A DNA stretch of 64,000 nt from an archaeon (GTDB taxonomy: Archaea > Methanobacteriota_B > Thermococci > Methanofastidiosales > NM3), in the NCBI GenBank assembly GCA_004212155.1, contig RXIG01000002.1:47993-111992 (forward strand), read 5' to 3'. Below are positions 40,552 through 50,919 of this stretch, one piece after another. The notes under the pieces were generated by a model. It was not told where the DNA came from, did no database searches, and saw nothing but the letters and a program-made list of their open reading frames with translations. A program made the position numbers and the translations under genes. How positions within the stretch are numbered: the first letter of the stretch is position 1; every line of letters starts with the position of its first letter.

Positions 40552-41356
40552 GACGTTCTCGTTCTTCCTGGGATGTCTCATCCCCAACAGGTTCCCAGAG
40601 CTCGAGAAGGCATCGCGATTCGTCTGCGACGCGCTTGACATAGGCCTTGAGGAGATGGAAGGCGCATCGTGCTGTCCGGCCCCAGGCGTGATCAAGTCGT
40701 TTGACAAGACGCTCTGGTACAAGGTCGCCGGTAGGAATCTCTCGCTTGCCGCGGCACAGGGCAACGACATCCTCGTTCTCTGCAACGGGTGCTACGGTAC
40801 GCTAAAGGACGTTTCAATGGTGCTTCGCGAGGACGAAGGTAAGCTCGGGATGGTGCGCGACTCGCTCTCGACCATAGGGCGAACCCTGCCCTACGTGCCC
40901 GACGTCGTCCATATCGTCGAGCACCTGTGCTTTGATTACGGGTTCGAAGAGATACGAAAGCGCGTGACGTCGCCGCTCTCGGCAAACGTGGCCGTGCATT
41001 ACGGGTGCCACCTGCTCAAACCGGCGCGCTACAGGGGCTTCACGTCGTTTGAGGACCCGACGTTTTTTGATGAGCTCGTCGAGACGACCGGCGCCAGGAG
41101 CGTGCCCTACCTCGAGAAGAACTCATGCTGCGGAGCAGGCGGCGCCGTGAGATCGGGGCTCAAGGACCTCTCGCTTGACATAGCGCGTAAGAAGGCCGCG
41201 TCGATCAAGGGGGCTGACTGCATCGTCACCCCCTGTCCGTTCTGCCACATGCAGCTTATGGAGGTTTCAGAGATCCCCGTCATCTACATCACCCAGCTGC
41301 TCGGGCTCGCCCTGGGAGGAACCCCTGAGGACGTTGGGATGGAGGGACCGTTATGA
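40535..41356 (+). CDS. hdrB: Heterodisulfide reductase subunit B-like
   Basis: FLGC, SCCP, CNGC, HYGCH, CCGAGG, CPFC (CCG domains). Confidence 0.93.
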   Translation: MSQVSKTFSFFLGCLIPNRFPELEKASRFVCDALDIGLEEMEGASCCPAPGVIKSFDKTLWYKVAGRNLSLAAAQGNDILVLCNGCYGTLKDVSMVLREDEGKLGMVRDSLSTIGRTLPYVPDVVHIVEHLCFDYGFEEIRKRVTSPLSANVAVHYGCHLLKPARYRGFTSFEDPTFFDELVETTGARSVPYLEKNSCCGAGGAVRSGLKDLSLDIARKKAASIKGADCIVTPCPFCHMQLMEVSEIPVIYITQLLGLALGGTPEDVGMEGPL

Positions 41357-44346
41357 ACAAGTCGACAGCAGTCATAGGTGCAGGTATCTCGGGCATGCAG
41401 GCTGCGCTCAGCCTCGCCAACAGGGGCATACGCGTCCACCTCATCGAGAAGACATCGAGCATCGGCGGCATCATGGCCCGTCTCGACAAGACCATGCCAA
41501 CGCTCGATTGTTCGATATGCATCCTCTCGCCCTTCATGCTCTCCGTCGCGCGCAACCCGCTCATCGAGGTCCACACGCTCACCGACGTCGTTGGCGCCAC
41601 GAAGCATGCCAACGGTTACATGCTCACGCTTAACAAACGCCCGCGCTACGTTGACATCGACAAGTGCACGGGTTGCAGGGAATGCATGGCGAAATGCCCC
41701 GTGAAGATCAGCCTCCCCAACGAGGAGAAGTTCGGGACCGTCAAGGCGATCCATTTTGATTTCGACCAGGCAATCCCCGCCGTCCCTCACATCGAGGCCG
41801 ATCGCTGCCTCATGCTGACGAAAGGCAAGTGCGGCAATTGTGCCAAGTTCTGCGACAAGGACGCCGTCGACTTCGAGCAGCAACCAGAGGAAGTGGCAAT
41901 CGATGTGAGCAGCGTCGTGCTCGCAACGGGCGCCCGCCCATACGACCCCACCGACCGCCCCGAGTATGGCTACGGGAAGTACAAGAACGTGATCACGGCG
42001 ATGGAGCTTGAACGCCTGCTGTCCGCATCAGGCCCCACAGAGGGCGAGGTCGTGCGCGCAAGCGACAAGAAACACCCACGGCGCGTGGCGTTTATCAACT
42101 GCGTCGGGTCGAGAGACCATCGCGTCGGACGCGGCTACTGCTCGAAGGTCTGCTGCATGTATGGCATCAAGGAGGCTCTGCTCGTGCGCGACCATGACGA
42201 GGATGCCGAGGTCACCATCTTCTACATCGACATCCGTGCCAGCGGCAAGGGTTACGAGGAGTTCTTCCAGAACGCCAAGGAGCGCATTCGCTTCGTGCGC
42301 GCCAGGCCCGGGGAGATCCATGAGCTCGAGAATGACGACCTCCTCGTCCGCTACGAGGACACAGAGGCACAGGAGGTGCGCGAGGAGACCTTTGATATGG
42401 TCGTCCTCAACACGGCGCTCGTGCCCACCGAGGACACGCACGAGCTATCCAGATTATTCGGCGTCTCCACCAACGAGTATGGCTTCTTCACGCCGCCCGC
42501 AGACATCTCAAAACCCATCGATACCGATGCCGCTGGCGTCTACGTCATCGGCGCATGTCAGGGGCCAAACGACATCACCGACTGCGTGTCCCAGTCGATA
42601 GGCCCCGTTGCCAAGGGATACGAGATGGCTGGCGACATCAAGCTCCCAGAACGGGGAGAACTGCCGGGCGCCCCGGACGGGCCGCCACGTGTGGGCGTCT
42701 TCGTATGTCACTGCGGCAAGAACATCGGTAGGTACGTCGACGTGCCCTCCGTGGCCGAGTATGCACGTAGCCTTCCGGGCGTCGTCTATGCCGAGGATTC
42801 GATGTTTACGTGCTCCGATCAGGGTCAGTCGTCGATCAAGAAAAAGATCAAGGAACATAAGCTTAATCGTGTCGTCGTTGCCGCATGCTCTCCCAAGACC
42901 CACGAGGCGACGTTTCAGGAGGCGCTCGAGGGGGCAGGGCTCAATCCCTATCTCCTGGAGATGGCAAACATCCGCAATCAGTGTTCCTGGGTGCACTCAA
43001 AGGAACACGATAAGGCCACGGAGAAGGCAAAGGACCTCGTCAAGATGGCCGTAGCAAAGGCGCGCCTCCTCGAGCCGCTCTATGAACGCGAGGTAAATGT
43101 AAATCCCCGCTCAGTCGTCATAGGCGGCGGAGTCACCGGCCTTATTAGCGCCTTGGAGCTTTCGCAAAACGGATTTGCCGTCTCGCTCATCGAGCGCTCC
43201 TCGACACTTGGTGGAAAGGCGAATCTGGCAACGAACCAGCCCGATGGTTCAAATCCAAGCGACATTGTGCAGTCGCTTTCCAGGAAGATCAAGGAGGATG
43301 ATGACATCACCGTTCACTTCAACTCGGAGGTGACAGCGGTTGACGGATTCGTCGGTGACTTCACGCTTACCTTCTCGACGCCAGAGGGAGAAGCGAAGGT
43401 GCCGTGCGGGACCGTTGTCATCGCAACTGGATTTGACTTTGCAAATCCTGCCAGCAGCGGATTCGAGTGCAAGGGTGACGTGATCAGCGAGGAGCGCTTC
43501 ATCGGCCGCCTCAAGGAGGGACGGCTCGAGGGGAAGGACTTCGTGTTCATACTGTGCGTCGGGTCACGCAACGAGAAGCATCCGCACTGCTCGCGATTCT
43601 GCTGCCTCTCGTCGCTCAATCAGATCCGGGAGCTTTTGGAGACGCACCCCGATGCGAACGTGACGGTGCTCTACCGGGACATCCGCGCATACGGCTATCA
43701 TGAGGACATCTATAAAGACGTGGCCGACAGGGGAGCACGCTTCATCCGTTACAGCCCCGAGTCGATGCCGCGCATCAACTACGACAACAACACGCTCATG
43801 GTCTTTGATACGACCTCTGACACGACAAAGCACATCCACTTCGATTCATGCGTGCTGGAGCGAGGGGCCATACCCTCCAAGGGCACGGACAAGCTCAGGC
43901 AGCTTTTCAAGGTCTCGTCATCTCCATCTGGCTTCTTCGCCGAGGCGCACCTCAAGCTTGCCCCCCTCGACACGGCCCTTGACGGCGTTTTCATAGCAGG
44001 GGGCTGCCAGTATCCAAAGACCATATCAGAATCGATATCCCAGGGTGTCTCGGCTGCTGGCCGCGCCGCGATTGTGATGGGAAGGAAGGTCTATGAGGTC
44101 ATACCGATAGCAGCCTCTATAGATCCCAACAGGTGCGTGGCGTGCAGGCTCTGCGAGAAGCTGTGCCCATACAGCGCCTTGCGCCTCTCGGATGACGGCA
44201 CCCATATGGACGTCATCACCGTCTCGTGCAAGGGTTGTGGCACGTGTGCGGCGTTCTGCCCGTCCAACGCCATCACGCTTTCTGGGTTCACCTACGGGCA
44301 GGAAAAGGAAATGATCAAGGCAGCACTTGAGGAGGATTCAGAATGA
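41353..44346 (+). CDS. hdrA: Heterodisulfide reductase subunit A (large, two FAD-binding modules)
   Basis: VIGAGISG, DKT.PTLDCSICI, CVGSR..YCSKVCCMY, GVFVCHCG, AACSP, NIRNQCSWVH, VIGGGVTG, terminal 2x[4Fe-4S]. Confidence 0.95.
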   Translation: MNKSTAVIGAGISGMQAALSLANRGIRVHLIEKTSSIGGIMARLDKTMPTLDCSICILSPFMLSVARNPLIEVHTLTDVVGATKHANGYMLTLNKRPRYVDIDKCTGCRECMAKCPVKISLPNEEKFGTVKAIHFDFDQAIPAVPHIEADRCLMLTKGKCGNCAKFCDKDAVDFEQQPEEVAIDVSSVVLATGARPYDPTDRPEYGYGKYKNVITAMELERLLSASGPTEGEVVRASDKKHPRRVAFINCVGSRDHRVGRGYCSKVCCMYGIKEALLVRDHDEDAEVTIFYIDIRASGKGYEEFFQNAKERIRFVRARPGEIHELENDDLLVRYEDTEAQEVREETFDMVVLNTALVPTEDTHELSRLFGVSTNEYGFFTPPADISKPIDTDAAGVYVIGACQGPNDITDCVSQSIGPVAKGYEMAGDIKLPERGELPGAPDGPPRVGVFVCHCGKNIGRYVDVPSVAEYARSLPGVVYAEDSMFTCSDQGQSSIKKKIKEHKLNRVVVAACSPKTHEATFQEALEGAGLNPYLLEMANIRNQCSWVHSKEHDKATEKAKDLVKMAVAKARLLEPLYEREVNVNPRSVVIGGGVTGLISALELSQNGFAVSLIERSSTLGGKANLATNQPDGSNPSDIVQSLSRKIKEDDDITVHFNSEVTAVDGFVGDFTLTFSTPEGEAKVPCGTVVIATGFDFANPASSGFECKGDVISEERFIGRLKEGRLEGKDFVFILCVGSRNEKHPHCSRFCCLSSLNQIRELLETHPDANVTVLYRDIRAYGYHEDIYKDVADRGARFIRYSPESMPRINYDNNTLMVFDTTSDTTKHIHFDSCVLERGAIPSKGTDKLRQLFKVSSSPSGFFAEAHLKLAPLDTALDGVFIAGGCQYPKTISESISQGVSAAGRAAIVMGRKVYEVIPIAASIDPNRCVACRLCEKLCPYSALRLSDDGTHMDVITVSCKGCGTCAAFCPSNAITLSGFTYGQEKEMIKAALEEDSE

Positions 44347-44762
44347 GCTTTGAACCACGTATCATCGCGTTCCTGTGCAACTGGTGCTCCTATGGGGCGG
44401 CAGACATGGCAGGCACGTCACGGGTGCAGTACCCATCAAATGTGCGCATCATCAGATTCATGTGCAGCGGCCGCATCGATCCAAACTTTGTCGTCGAGGC
44501 ATTCCTTCGCGGCGCCGATGGCGTCATGATGACGGGATGCCACATCGGCGACTGCCATTATATCGACGGCAACTACAAGACCGTCCACCGCTACGAGTTC
44601 CTATCACACTACCTCGATGTCCTTGGCATCGGAAGCGAGCGGCTCAAGCTGGCGTGGTGTTCAGCGGCTGAGGGCAACAAGTTCGCATCAGAGGTAAAGG
44701 AGTTTACCGATCTCATTCGTGGGCTTGGGCCAAGCCCAATGCGGGGGGATGATGATGAATAA
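44343..44762 (+). CDS. mvhD: MvhD/FlpD [2Fe-2S] subunit
   Basis: FLCNWCSYGAAD.AG, MCSGR, GCHIGDCHY..GN. Confidence 0.95.
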   Translation: MSFEPRIIAFLCNWCSYGAADMAGTSRVQYPSNVRIIRFMCSGRIDPNFVVEAFLRGADGVMMTGCHIGDCHYIDGNYKTVHRYEFLSHYLDVLGIGSERLKLAWCSAAEGNKFASEVKEFTDLIRGLGPSPMRGDDDE

Positions 44763-45909
44763 GCTCTACTGGGGCTGGGCCACCGACGAATCGATGCGCC
44801 TCGGTGGCGAATCGGGTGGATTCGTTACCGCTCTGCTTCGTTCTCTCATTGATGATTATGACGACGTTATCGTCATACGCAAGGTCGGCACCATCTTCGA
44901 GGGGTCGGTCGTCTCGCTCTCGTCTGCCGATGAAACGAAAAGGGTGCAGGGCGCTCTTCACTCAGTGTGCATCGAGCTTTCCCACTATATACGCAAGGGG
45001 AGGAGAACGGCTATCGTGCTCAAGCCCTGTGATGCGCGCGCAGTGATCGAGAACATCAAGCGCAATCACGTCGACAGGGACGAGGTGCTGCTGATCGGCC
45101 TTAACTGCGGCGGCACGCTGCCGCCGGTGCCCGCGATGAACATGTTGAGCTCACAGTACGACCTCCAACCGGATGACGTCGTGAAGGAGGAGATCGACAA
45201 GGGCAATCTCATATTTACCACGACCGCCGGCGACGAGGTGAGCAAATCAATAGACGACCTCGAGGCAAGCGGCTACGGCCGCCGCGAGAGCTGCAGGTAC
45301 TGCGATGTGAAGATCCCCACGATGTGTGACCTTGCATGCGGCAACTGGGGCACGCCCTCGGGAAAGAACATGACGTTTGTCGAGGTGTGCACCACCCATG
45401 GCATGGACGTGCTCACGAACGCGATCGACGCCGGCGCCGTCGATGTGAAGGAGCCGTCCGAGAAACTGTCGACCATCCGCACGAAGGTCGAAGGGGCCAT
45501 GAAAAAGCTTGCACGCACGTGGGACAAGAAACTCCTTGGACGCATGCGAGACATGGGCGAAGCTGAACGCCTCGAACATATCCAGAGGACGCTTGCGCCG
45601 TGCATCGGCTGTTACGGATGCCGAAAGGCGTGCCCCGTCTGTAAGTGCAGCGACGATTGCAAGTGCATGCAGTTCGCGCCAGACGACGTCTACCCCATCT
45701 CGTTGTTCCATTCGATCCGTCTCCTGCATCTCATGGAGTCATGCATCGGGTGCGGCAACTGTACCGATGTCTGCCCCGTCGACATCCCGCTTGCGCACCT
45801 GCACCAGCTGTTTGCGCGGAGCTACGAGTCAAAAACGGGCTACAAGCCAGGCATGTCCGTAGACGACGTCCCCCCGCTCTCACGAGGTGATTTCCCTGAA
45901 GGTTATTGA
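44752..45909 (+). CDS. fdhB: F420/FAD-binding FdhB/FrhB-family beta subunit
   Basis: GESGGFVTALL, KPCD, IGLNCGGT, GYGRRESC..C, DLACGNWG, two C-terminal [4Fe-4S] motifs. Confidence 0.88.
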   Translation: MMNKLYWGWATDESMRLGGESGGFVTALLRSLIDDYDDVIVIRKVGTIFEGSVVSLSSADETKRVQGALHSVCIELSHYIRKGRRTAIVLKPCDARAVIENIKRNHVDRDEVLLIGLNCGGTLPPVPAMNMLSSQYDLQPDDVVKEEIDKGNLIFTTTAGDEVSKSIDDLEASGYGRRESCRYCDVKIPTMCDLACGNWGTPSGKNMTFVEVCTTHGMDVLTNAIDAGAVDVKEPSEKLSTIRTKVEGAMKKLARTWDKKLLGRMRDMGEAERLEHIQRTLAPCIGCYGCRKACPVCKCSDDCKCMQFAPDDVYPISLFHSIRLLHLMESCIGCGNCTDVCPVDIPLAHLHQLFARSYESKTGYKPGMSVDDVPPLSRGDFPEGY

Positions 45910-47332
45910 TTCACACTGTCCAGGATGCAGTATATTATGCGGCGTTCACATCATCGAGGATGGGGACACCGTCGATATCGAGTTCATGAAGCATAGCGTC
46001 ATCAACCATGGCAAGCTATGCCGATTCGGAGTGGAGCTTCCCTCCTACTATGCACAGCGCCTTGATACATGCTATGTCAATGGCGTCGAGGCGACATACG
46101 ATGAGGCCATTCACGCGGCTGGTGCCTCCTTTCAGGCATGGTTGAAGGAGCGGGGCCGCAGCGATGGTGTCATCCTTTGCACGGGCGACGCCACCAATGA
46201 AGAGCTTCTCGCCCTCAAGCGCATGGGCGAGACGTTTGATATCAGGCGCGCTTCCGGTATCGGCCATATCGTGTCCACGCTCGGACCCTCATCGATGCAG
46301 AAGAAGTTCGGGTATTTCGAGGTCATCGAGCACGCAAAGAGCATCGTTTTGGTCGACGTCGATCCCTCTGTTCGCTATCCTCTTATCCTGCGCAAGATCC
46401 AGATAGCACGCGACCAGGGCGCAGAGGTCGTCTCGATCGGCGCAGATAAGGCGCATGTGAGCCACGTGGCAGATACGGTCTATGCAGTGACGCCAGACAA
46501 GGTTGCTTTGACACTTCAGGATATCAAAGACGATTTACCCTCACACACGCTTTTCATTTGCGGCGTGGGGCCCTATTCGGACATGTCTGCCGTGGTGGAG
46601 GTAAACAACATCTGTGCGGCGACATCGTCTCGCGCCATGTTCCTGAAGGACCACGCCAACTCAGAGGCAACACTCCCCTACGAATTTGACAATATGCGAA
46701 AGAGCGTTGACGAGATCCTTGATGACATCGAGTCCGGACGCATCTCAGCCGTTATGCTCGTCGAGACGCCATACATGGAGACCTACCTCGACGATAAGCG
46801 ATTCCGTGCTGCTTGTGAATCGCTCGAACACTTCCTCATCGTCCAGTCACGGCCCCTCTCATCGCCCCCCGGAAACGCGATTGTCATATCCATACCGCCG
46901 TTCTACCAGCGCAAGGGCACGGTCGTCAACATATGCGGCCGTCTTCTTGAGATGGGCGGTGACAAGGAGGGTGCATCGCGCGCATGCAGGGACATCATCA
47001 CAGCGGCGGGGCTAAAGGCGCCACTGGACTACGAAGGGATCAATGAAGATGCCATACGCATGCATGAGCGATGGTATTCCCACAAACCGGAGTACCGGCG
47101 GGTCCCCCCACCAGAACGCAACTATCCCACCACACCGTTCCATGTTTATGAGCCGAATCCCTATCTTCTCCGCGCGATGCCGTATCCCGTGGCCAAACGG
47201 GCATCTCCGGAGGTCTATGACACTGCGCGGACAAAGGAGCGCTACGTGAGAAAGGATGCAGTGGCCAAAGGGGTCGTGCTTGCGTATGAACGTGACAAGC
47301 GCTACACAGACACCATCAGCCATTACGAGTGA
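45887..47332 (+). CDS. Truncated FdhA-like molybdopterin oxidoreductase homologue lacking the metal-ligand motif
   Basis: N-terminal CPGCSILCG..GKLCRFG, TNEE, GTVVN..GR; no CARLC(U)H segment; 481 aa. Confidence 0.75.
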   Translation: MISLKVIDSHCPGCSILCGVHIIEDGDTVDIEFMKHSVINHGKLCRFGVELPSYYAQRLDTCYVNGVEATYDEAIHAAGASFQAWLKERGRSDGVILCTGDATNEELLALKRMGETFDIRRASGIGHIVSTLGPSSMQKKFGYFEVIEHAKSIVLVDVDPSVRYPLILRKIQIARDQGAEVVSIGADKAHVSHVADTVYAVTPDKVALTLQDIKDDLPSHTLFICGVGPYSDMSAVVEVNNICAATSSRAMFLKDHANSEATLPYEFDNMRKSVDEILDDIESGRISAVMLVETPYMETYLDDKRFRAACESLEHFLIVQSRPLSSPPGNAIVISIPPFYQRKGTVVNICGRLLEMGGDKEGASRACRDIITAAGLKAPLDYEGINEDAIRMHERWYSHKPEYRRVPPPERNYPTTPFHVYEPNPYLLRAMPYPVAKRASPEVYDTARTKERYVRKDAVAKGVVLAYERDKRYTDTISHYE

Positions 47333-47364
47333 GGCCTTCTGCATGGGGCGTCATCATCGGCGCC

Positions 47365-48684
47365 TCATGTGAGGTCGTTTATGAAGAGTTCGAGCATATC
47401 GATGCCAGCGACGATGCGGGGGGCGTGTGTCTCAACGAACTCCTCGCGTTCCTTCTCATTTCTTGGCGCCTGGTTCTCATATGCGTCCATAGCCGCTGCA
47501 CCGTCGTAGTCAACGAGTGCGAATCTGGCACCATAATCGGTATCCTCAAGCATGATGTCCTCTCCTGTCACCACGGCAAGGTGGTAGGGGTGCGAGAGGA
47601 GCGCATGGGCCAGCTCGTTTGACGATGTGGCGCCACGTATCATCATCTCCCTGCGATAGGCGTTGAAGTTGACAAACAGGTAGAACGTGCCTTGCGGCTT
47701 TGTGGCGTGGAGATAACCTATCTTGTTTATCCTCCTTGAAGCATACGTGCCGATGATATCGTGAATGGCGCGGGTCACAGAGAAGTAATGGTCGATTTCT
47801 TCGCTATGTTCGTACGCTGCGATGCCCGCGTACTGGATAGGGGTGGAGACGTTCGTGTAGACCGTTGCCGCCACCTTCGCGAACGCACTCTTTACCTTTT
47901 CAGGGCATGATGAGGGCAGTATGGCGTACCCCAGTCGGTATCCTCCTGCCGACCGGTCCTTAGATATGCCGTTTGTGATGAATGTCCCTTCAGGGTATAT
48001 GGCGCCCATGCTTGTAAAACGCTCGAAATCATATGTGGTAAGCGCATATATCTCGTCTGCGAGTACGAGGGCACCGTGCTTGTCGCAGACCCGAGCGATC
48101 TCGGTGAGCTCCTCTCTCGTGTAGACTGCGCCCGTGGGATTGTGCGGATTGTTGAGCACGAGAATGTGCTGACCCTTCTTTTCTGACAGCACCTTGTCAA
48201 GGTCGTTGGGATCGAGCTTGTATCCTTTCGAGGGATCGAGCTTGATGGTGTGCGAGTTCTTATGTTTTAGGCTGATGAGCGGCCCGTATCCGATCCATGA
48301 AGGGGTCGGTATCACTATGTCCCCCTCTATGGTATCGAAGATGATGCTGATGATCTCCTTTGTGCCAGGGCCGACAAATATCCTGTCCGTGTCTACCTCA
48401 AGGCCATAATAGCGTTCCATGAACGATGCGATGGCGGTCCGCAGCGGTTCGATGCCAACGGTCGATGAGTACGTGCCCTTGTTGGCATGTTCGCAAAGTG
48501 CGCGTTGCACGATCGAGGGTACGGGAAAAGGCGACTGTCCAAAAGCAAACCCATAGTAGTCGAAAGCACATGAATTTTTTGTACATTTCCTCCTATGCTC
48601 TGATATGAGGTTCCCGATGCGTACGTTCTCGGGCATGGTGATCTTTTCAACATAGGGTTCGATACGTATTTTGGATTCCATCAC
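47365..48684 (-). CDS. PLP-dependent aminotransferase class I/II
   Basis: NNPHNPTG, ADEIY, GISKDRSAGGYRLG. Confidence 0.92.
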   Translation of the reverse strand: MMESKIRIEPYVEKITMPENVRIGNLISEHRRKCTKNSCAFDYYGFAFGQSPFPVPSIVQRALCEHANKGTYSSTVGIEPLRTAIASFMERYYGLEVDTDRIFVGPGTKEIISIIFDTIEGDIVIPTPSWIGYGPLISLKHKNSHTIKLDPSKGYKLDPNDLDKVLSEKKGQHILVLNNPHNPTGAVYTREELTEIARVCDKHGALVLADEIYALTTYDFERFTSMGAIYPEGTFITNGISKDRSAGGYRLGYAILPSSCPEKVKSAFAKVAATVYTNVSTPIQYAGIAAYEHSEEIDHYFSVTRAIHDIIGTYASRRINKIGYLHATKPQGTFYLFVNFNAYRREMMIRGATSSNELAHALLSHPYHLAVVTGEDIMLEDTDYGARFALVDYDGAAAMDAYENQAPRNEKEREEFVETHAPRIVAGIDMLELFINDLT

Positions 48685-48756
48685 TATGTATTATGTCATA
48701 CATCCTTTAAATTATTTTCATAAAAAATACTGAAAATGCGTCGTTTTCCCTTCTGT

Positions 48757-50388
48757 TCACGGCGCTTCACAGCCGCCCCTGCCGCAGCGGGCAACACCTT
48801 CACGTTCCCTGCTCTTGTTTCGGTAGATAGTGATACCTTTGCAATCGGATGCCCATGCATGGGCGAACGCACCCTTGACATCGTCGACGGTGGCGTCTTC
48901 TGGCATGTTGATCGTCTTGCTGATGCCGCTGTCAATGTGGCGTTGCCAGATGGCCTGCATGTTGACATGGTCGCGCCAGTGCAGGTCATGGGCAGTGACC
49001 ATCAATGCGCGCACATCCTCCGGGATGGAGTGGTGCGGCGTCCCGCGTGTCGCGTAATGGTCTAACACCGCGATCCGATCCAGGCCGTATGCGTCAATGA
49101 GCCATTCCATGGCGGGCTCCACCATCAAGGCAGTGGTATCGCGGTGAGAAGGATCGCGTATGCGCCGACGGTATACGAACGAGAATATGGGCTCGATGCC
49201 AGGCGATGTACGTGCGATAAGCGACGTGGTGCCAGTGGGTGCCACGGTGGTGACACGCTCGTTGCGCCTGAACGGGTCGCCGCCCCTCCACGCGGGGTAG
49301 GGCCCCTTCTCCTCGGCGAGCACGGCCGATGCGTGGTGTGCATGGCGCTTAAGCAACGATGCTGTCCTTTCTGCAACTTCGTATGATGCCTTGCTGCCGT
49401 AGGCTACGCCCATTCGTATGAGCATCTCTGCAAACCCCATGACACCAAGACCGATCTTTCGGTGGCGAAGCGTCGTTCGTGCTACCTCCTGCAGCGGATA
49501 GCAGTTCGTGTCGACGACATCATCGAGAAATCTGACCGCAGCATGCACCGTATCAGCGAATCCTTCCTCGTCGAACGCGCCGTCGTTCACGAATCGGGCG
49601 AGATTCACATGGCCGAGATTGCATGATCCGTAGGGGGCCAGGGGTTGCTCGCCACAGGGATTCGTGCAGCGTATGGGTGCGTTCTTGTTGGATGCATTGA
49701 CCGCATCGCGGAAGAAAAGGCCAGGCTCGCCTATTTGCCATGCGCTCGTGCATATGGTGTCCCACAAAGGATGATCCTCAACATGCTGCATGAACTCGTC
49801 ATCGACGCTTACGGAGATGTTGAAGTTTTCGAGCGCCCCCTCGTTCGCCTTGGCGCGAATGAACGCCTCGATGCCATCATGCTCCCTGTCGAGCATCCCC
49901 ATCATGGCCCCGCTGCGTTTGGTCTTCGATCGCATCATGTCACACATTGTGTCAAACAGTGTCATGACGGGAACGACACCGCAGGAACACCGGTCAGGTC
50001 CCCGGGGCGGGATGTCGCTGAAGTTGAACCCCACCCCACCGCCACCCTCAAAGATCCTGGCAGTCGCGTGGAGGGCCGAGAAGATGCTGTCCGTGGAGCC
50101 CCCTATGGGAAGCACGAAGCAGGCAGAGAGCTGCCCCGTGTTGCATCCGGCGTTCATCAGGGTGGGGGAGTTTGGCATGAAGCGTCCCGAGGACATAAGC
50201 GCATAGAACGTGCGTTCCCACCGCAGTGATGCATCCTCTGCCCGTGCGATGTGATGTGCGACACGCCGGTACATCCCCTCCTCGGACTCGCCACGGTAAA
50301 GATATCGGGACCGTATCACTTCATCACGAAGGGTGAAATCTATCATCTCCTGAGCGGTCACATGCAGCATTCGTGTTCCGATGGGCAC
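48757..50388 (-). CDS. nrdJ: Class II (adenosylcobalamin-dependent) ribonucleotide reductase, compact form
   Basis: PNSPTLMNAG, QLSACFV, GGGVG, TNPCGEQPL, SCNLG, RKIGLGVMG, APTGT, SKTIN, KGITIYR, C-terminal CGRGGC. Confidence 0.9.
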   Translation of the reverse strand: MPIGTRMLHVTAQEMIDFTLRDEVIRSRYLYRGESEEGMYRRVAHHIARAEDASLRWERTFYALMSSGRFMPNSPTLMNAGCNTGQLSACFVLPIGGSTDSIFSALHATARIFEGGGGVGFNFSDIPPRGPDRCSCGVVPVMTLFDTMCDMMRSKTKRSGAMMGMLDREHDGIEAFIRAKANEGALENFNISVSVDDEFMQHVEDHPLWDTICTSAWQIGEPGLFFRDAVNASNKNAPIRCTNPCGEQPLAPYGSCNLGHVNLARFVNDGAFDEEGFADTVHAAVRFLDDVVDTNCYPLQEVARTTLRHRKIGLGVMGFAEMLIRMGVAYGSKASYEVAERTASLLKRHAHHASAVLAEEKGPYPAWRGGDPFRRNERVTTVAPTGTTSLIARTSPGIEPIFSFVYRRRIRDPSHRDTTALMVEPAMEWLIDAYGLDRIAVLDHYATRGTPHHSIPEDVRALMVTAHDLHWRDHVNMQAIWQRHIDSGISKTINMPEDATVDDVKGAFAHAWASDCKGITIYRNKSREREGVARCGRGGCEAP

Positions 50389-50397
50389 GCCACGTAT

Positions 50398-50802
50398 TCA
50401 TCGTATCTTATACTCTTCCCATCGGACCCTTTTCTCTTTTATGGTGTCGCGCACATCGCGCTCACGGGTCGAGAGTCGCGCATTGCCGCTCTTGACCTCT
50501 ACGAACACGATCTCCTCGAGACCGTCGCCATCCATGCCCTCGAAGACGATGAAGTCGATCGGCTTGCCAATGAATCTGACCTCGTTTGGATTATGGCCAA
50601 AATCGGGAAAATACGGTGCAAGCTGTTCCCCCACCTGTCCGCCTATGACCGCCCTTGATCGCGCAGCTGCGTCTTTGCGGATAGCAGGAAGCTCTTTTGT
50701 CCATTTGCGATGCTCCCGCGCCATACCGAGGCGCGCGCCGAGGTATACGCCGGCGATAAGGAACAGCAGAGCGCCAAGAAGGTAGAAAACAGCGTCGTTC
50801 AT
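50398..50802 (-). CDS. Membrane-anchored Holliday junction resolvase-like endonuclease (COG4741)
   Basis: N-terminal TM helix; RSRAVIGGQVGEQLAP, RFIGKPIDFIVFEG, FVEVKSG. Confidence 0.88.
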   Translation of the reverse strand: MNDAVFYLLGALLFLIAGVYLGARLGMAREHRKWTKELPAIRKDAAARSRAVIGGQVGEQLAPYFPDFGHNPNEVRFIGKPIDFIVFEGMDGDGLEEIVFVEVKSGNARLSTRERDVRDTIKEKRVRWEEYKIR

Positions 50803-50831
50803 GATGCCACCTGTGAAAAGCTTAAAAACCA

Positions 50832-50919
50832 TGGTGCGGGGGAAGGGATTCGAACCCTCGAACTTCTACAAGACTAGGCCCTGAACCTAGCGCCTTTGAC
50901 CAAACTCGGCAACCCCCGC
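50832..50919 (-). tRNA. tRNA-Leu(CAG)
   Basis: GCGGGGG/CCCCCGC-ACCA; anticodon arm CTAGG-TT-CAG-GG-CCTAG; long variable arm; GTTCGAATCC. Confidence 0.96.

Noticed and set aside
41353-47332. Selenocysteine (UGA) recoding in HdrA, MvhD or FdhA
   Set aside because: All frames are uninterrupted with Cys at the usual positions; no in-frame TGA or SECIS-like element was seen.
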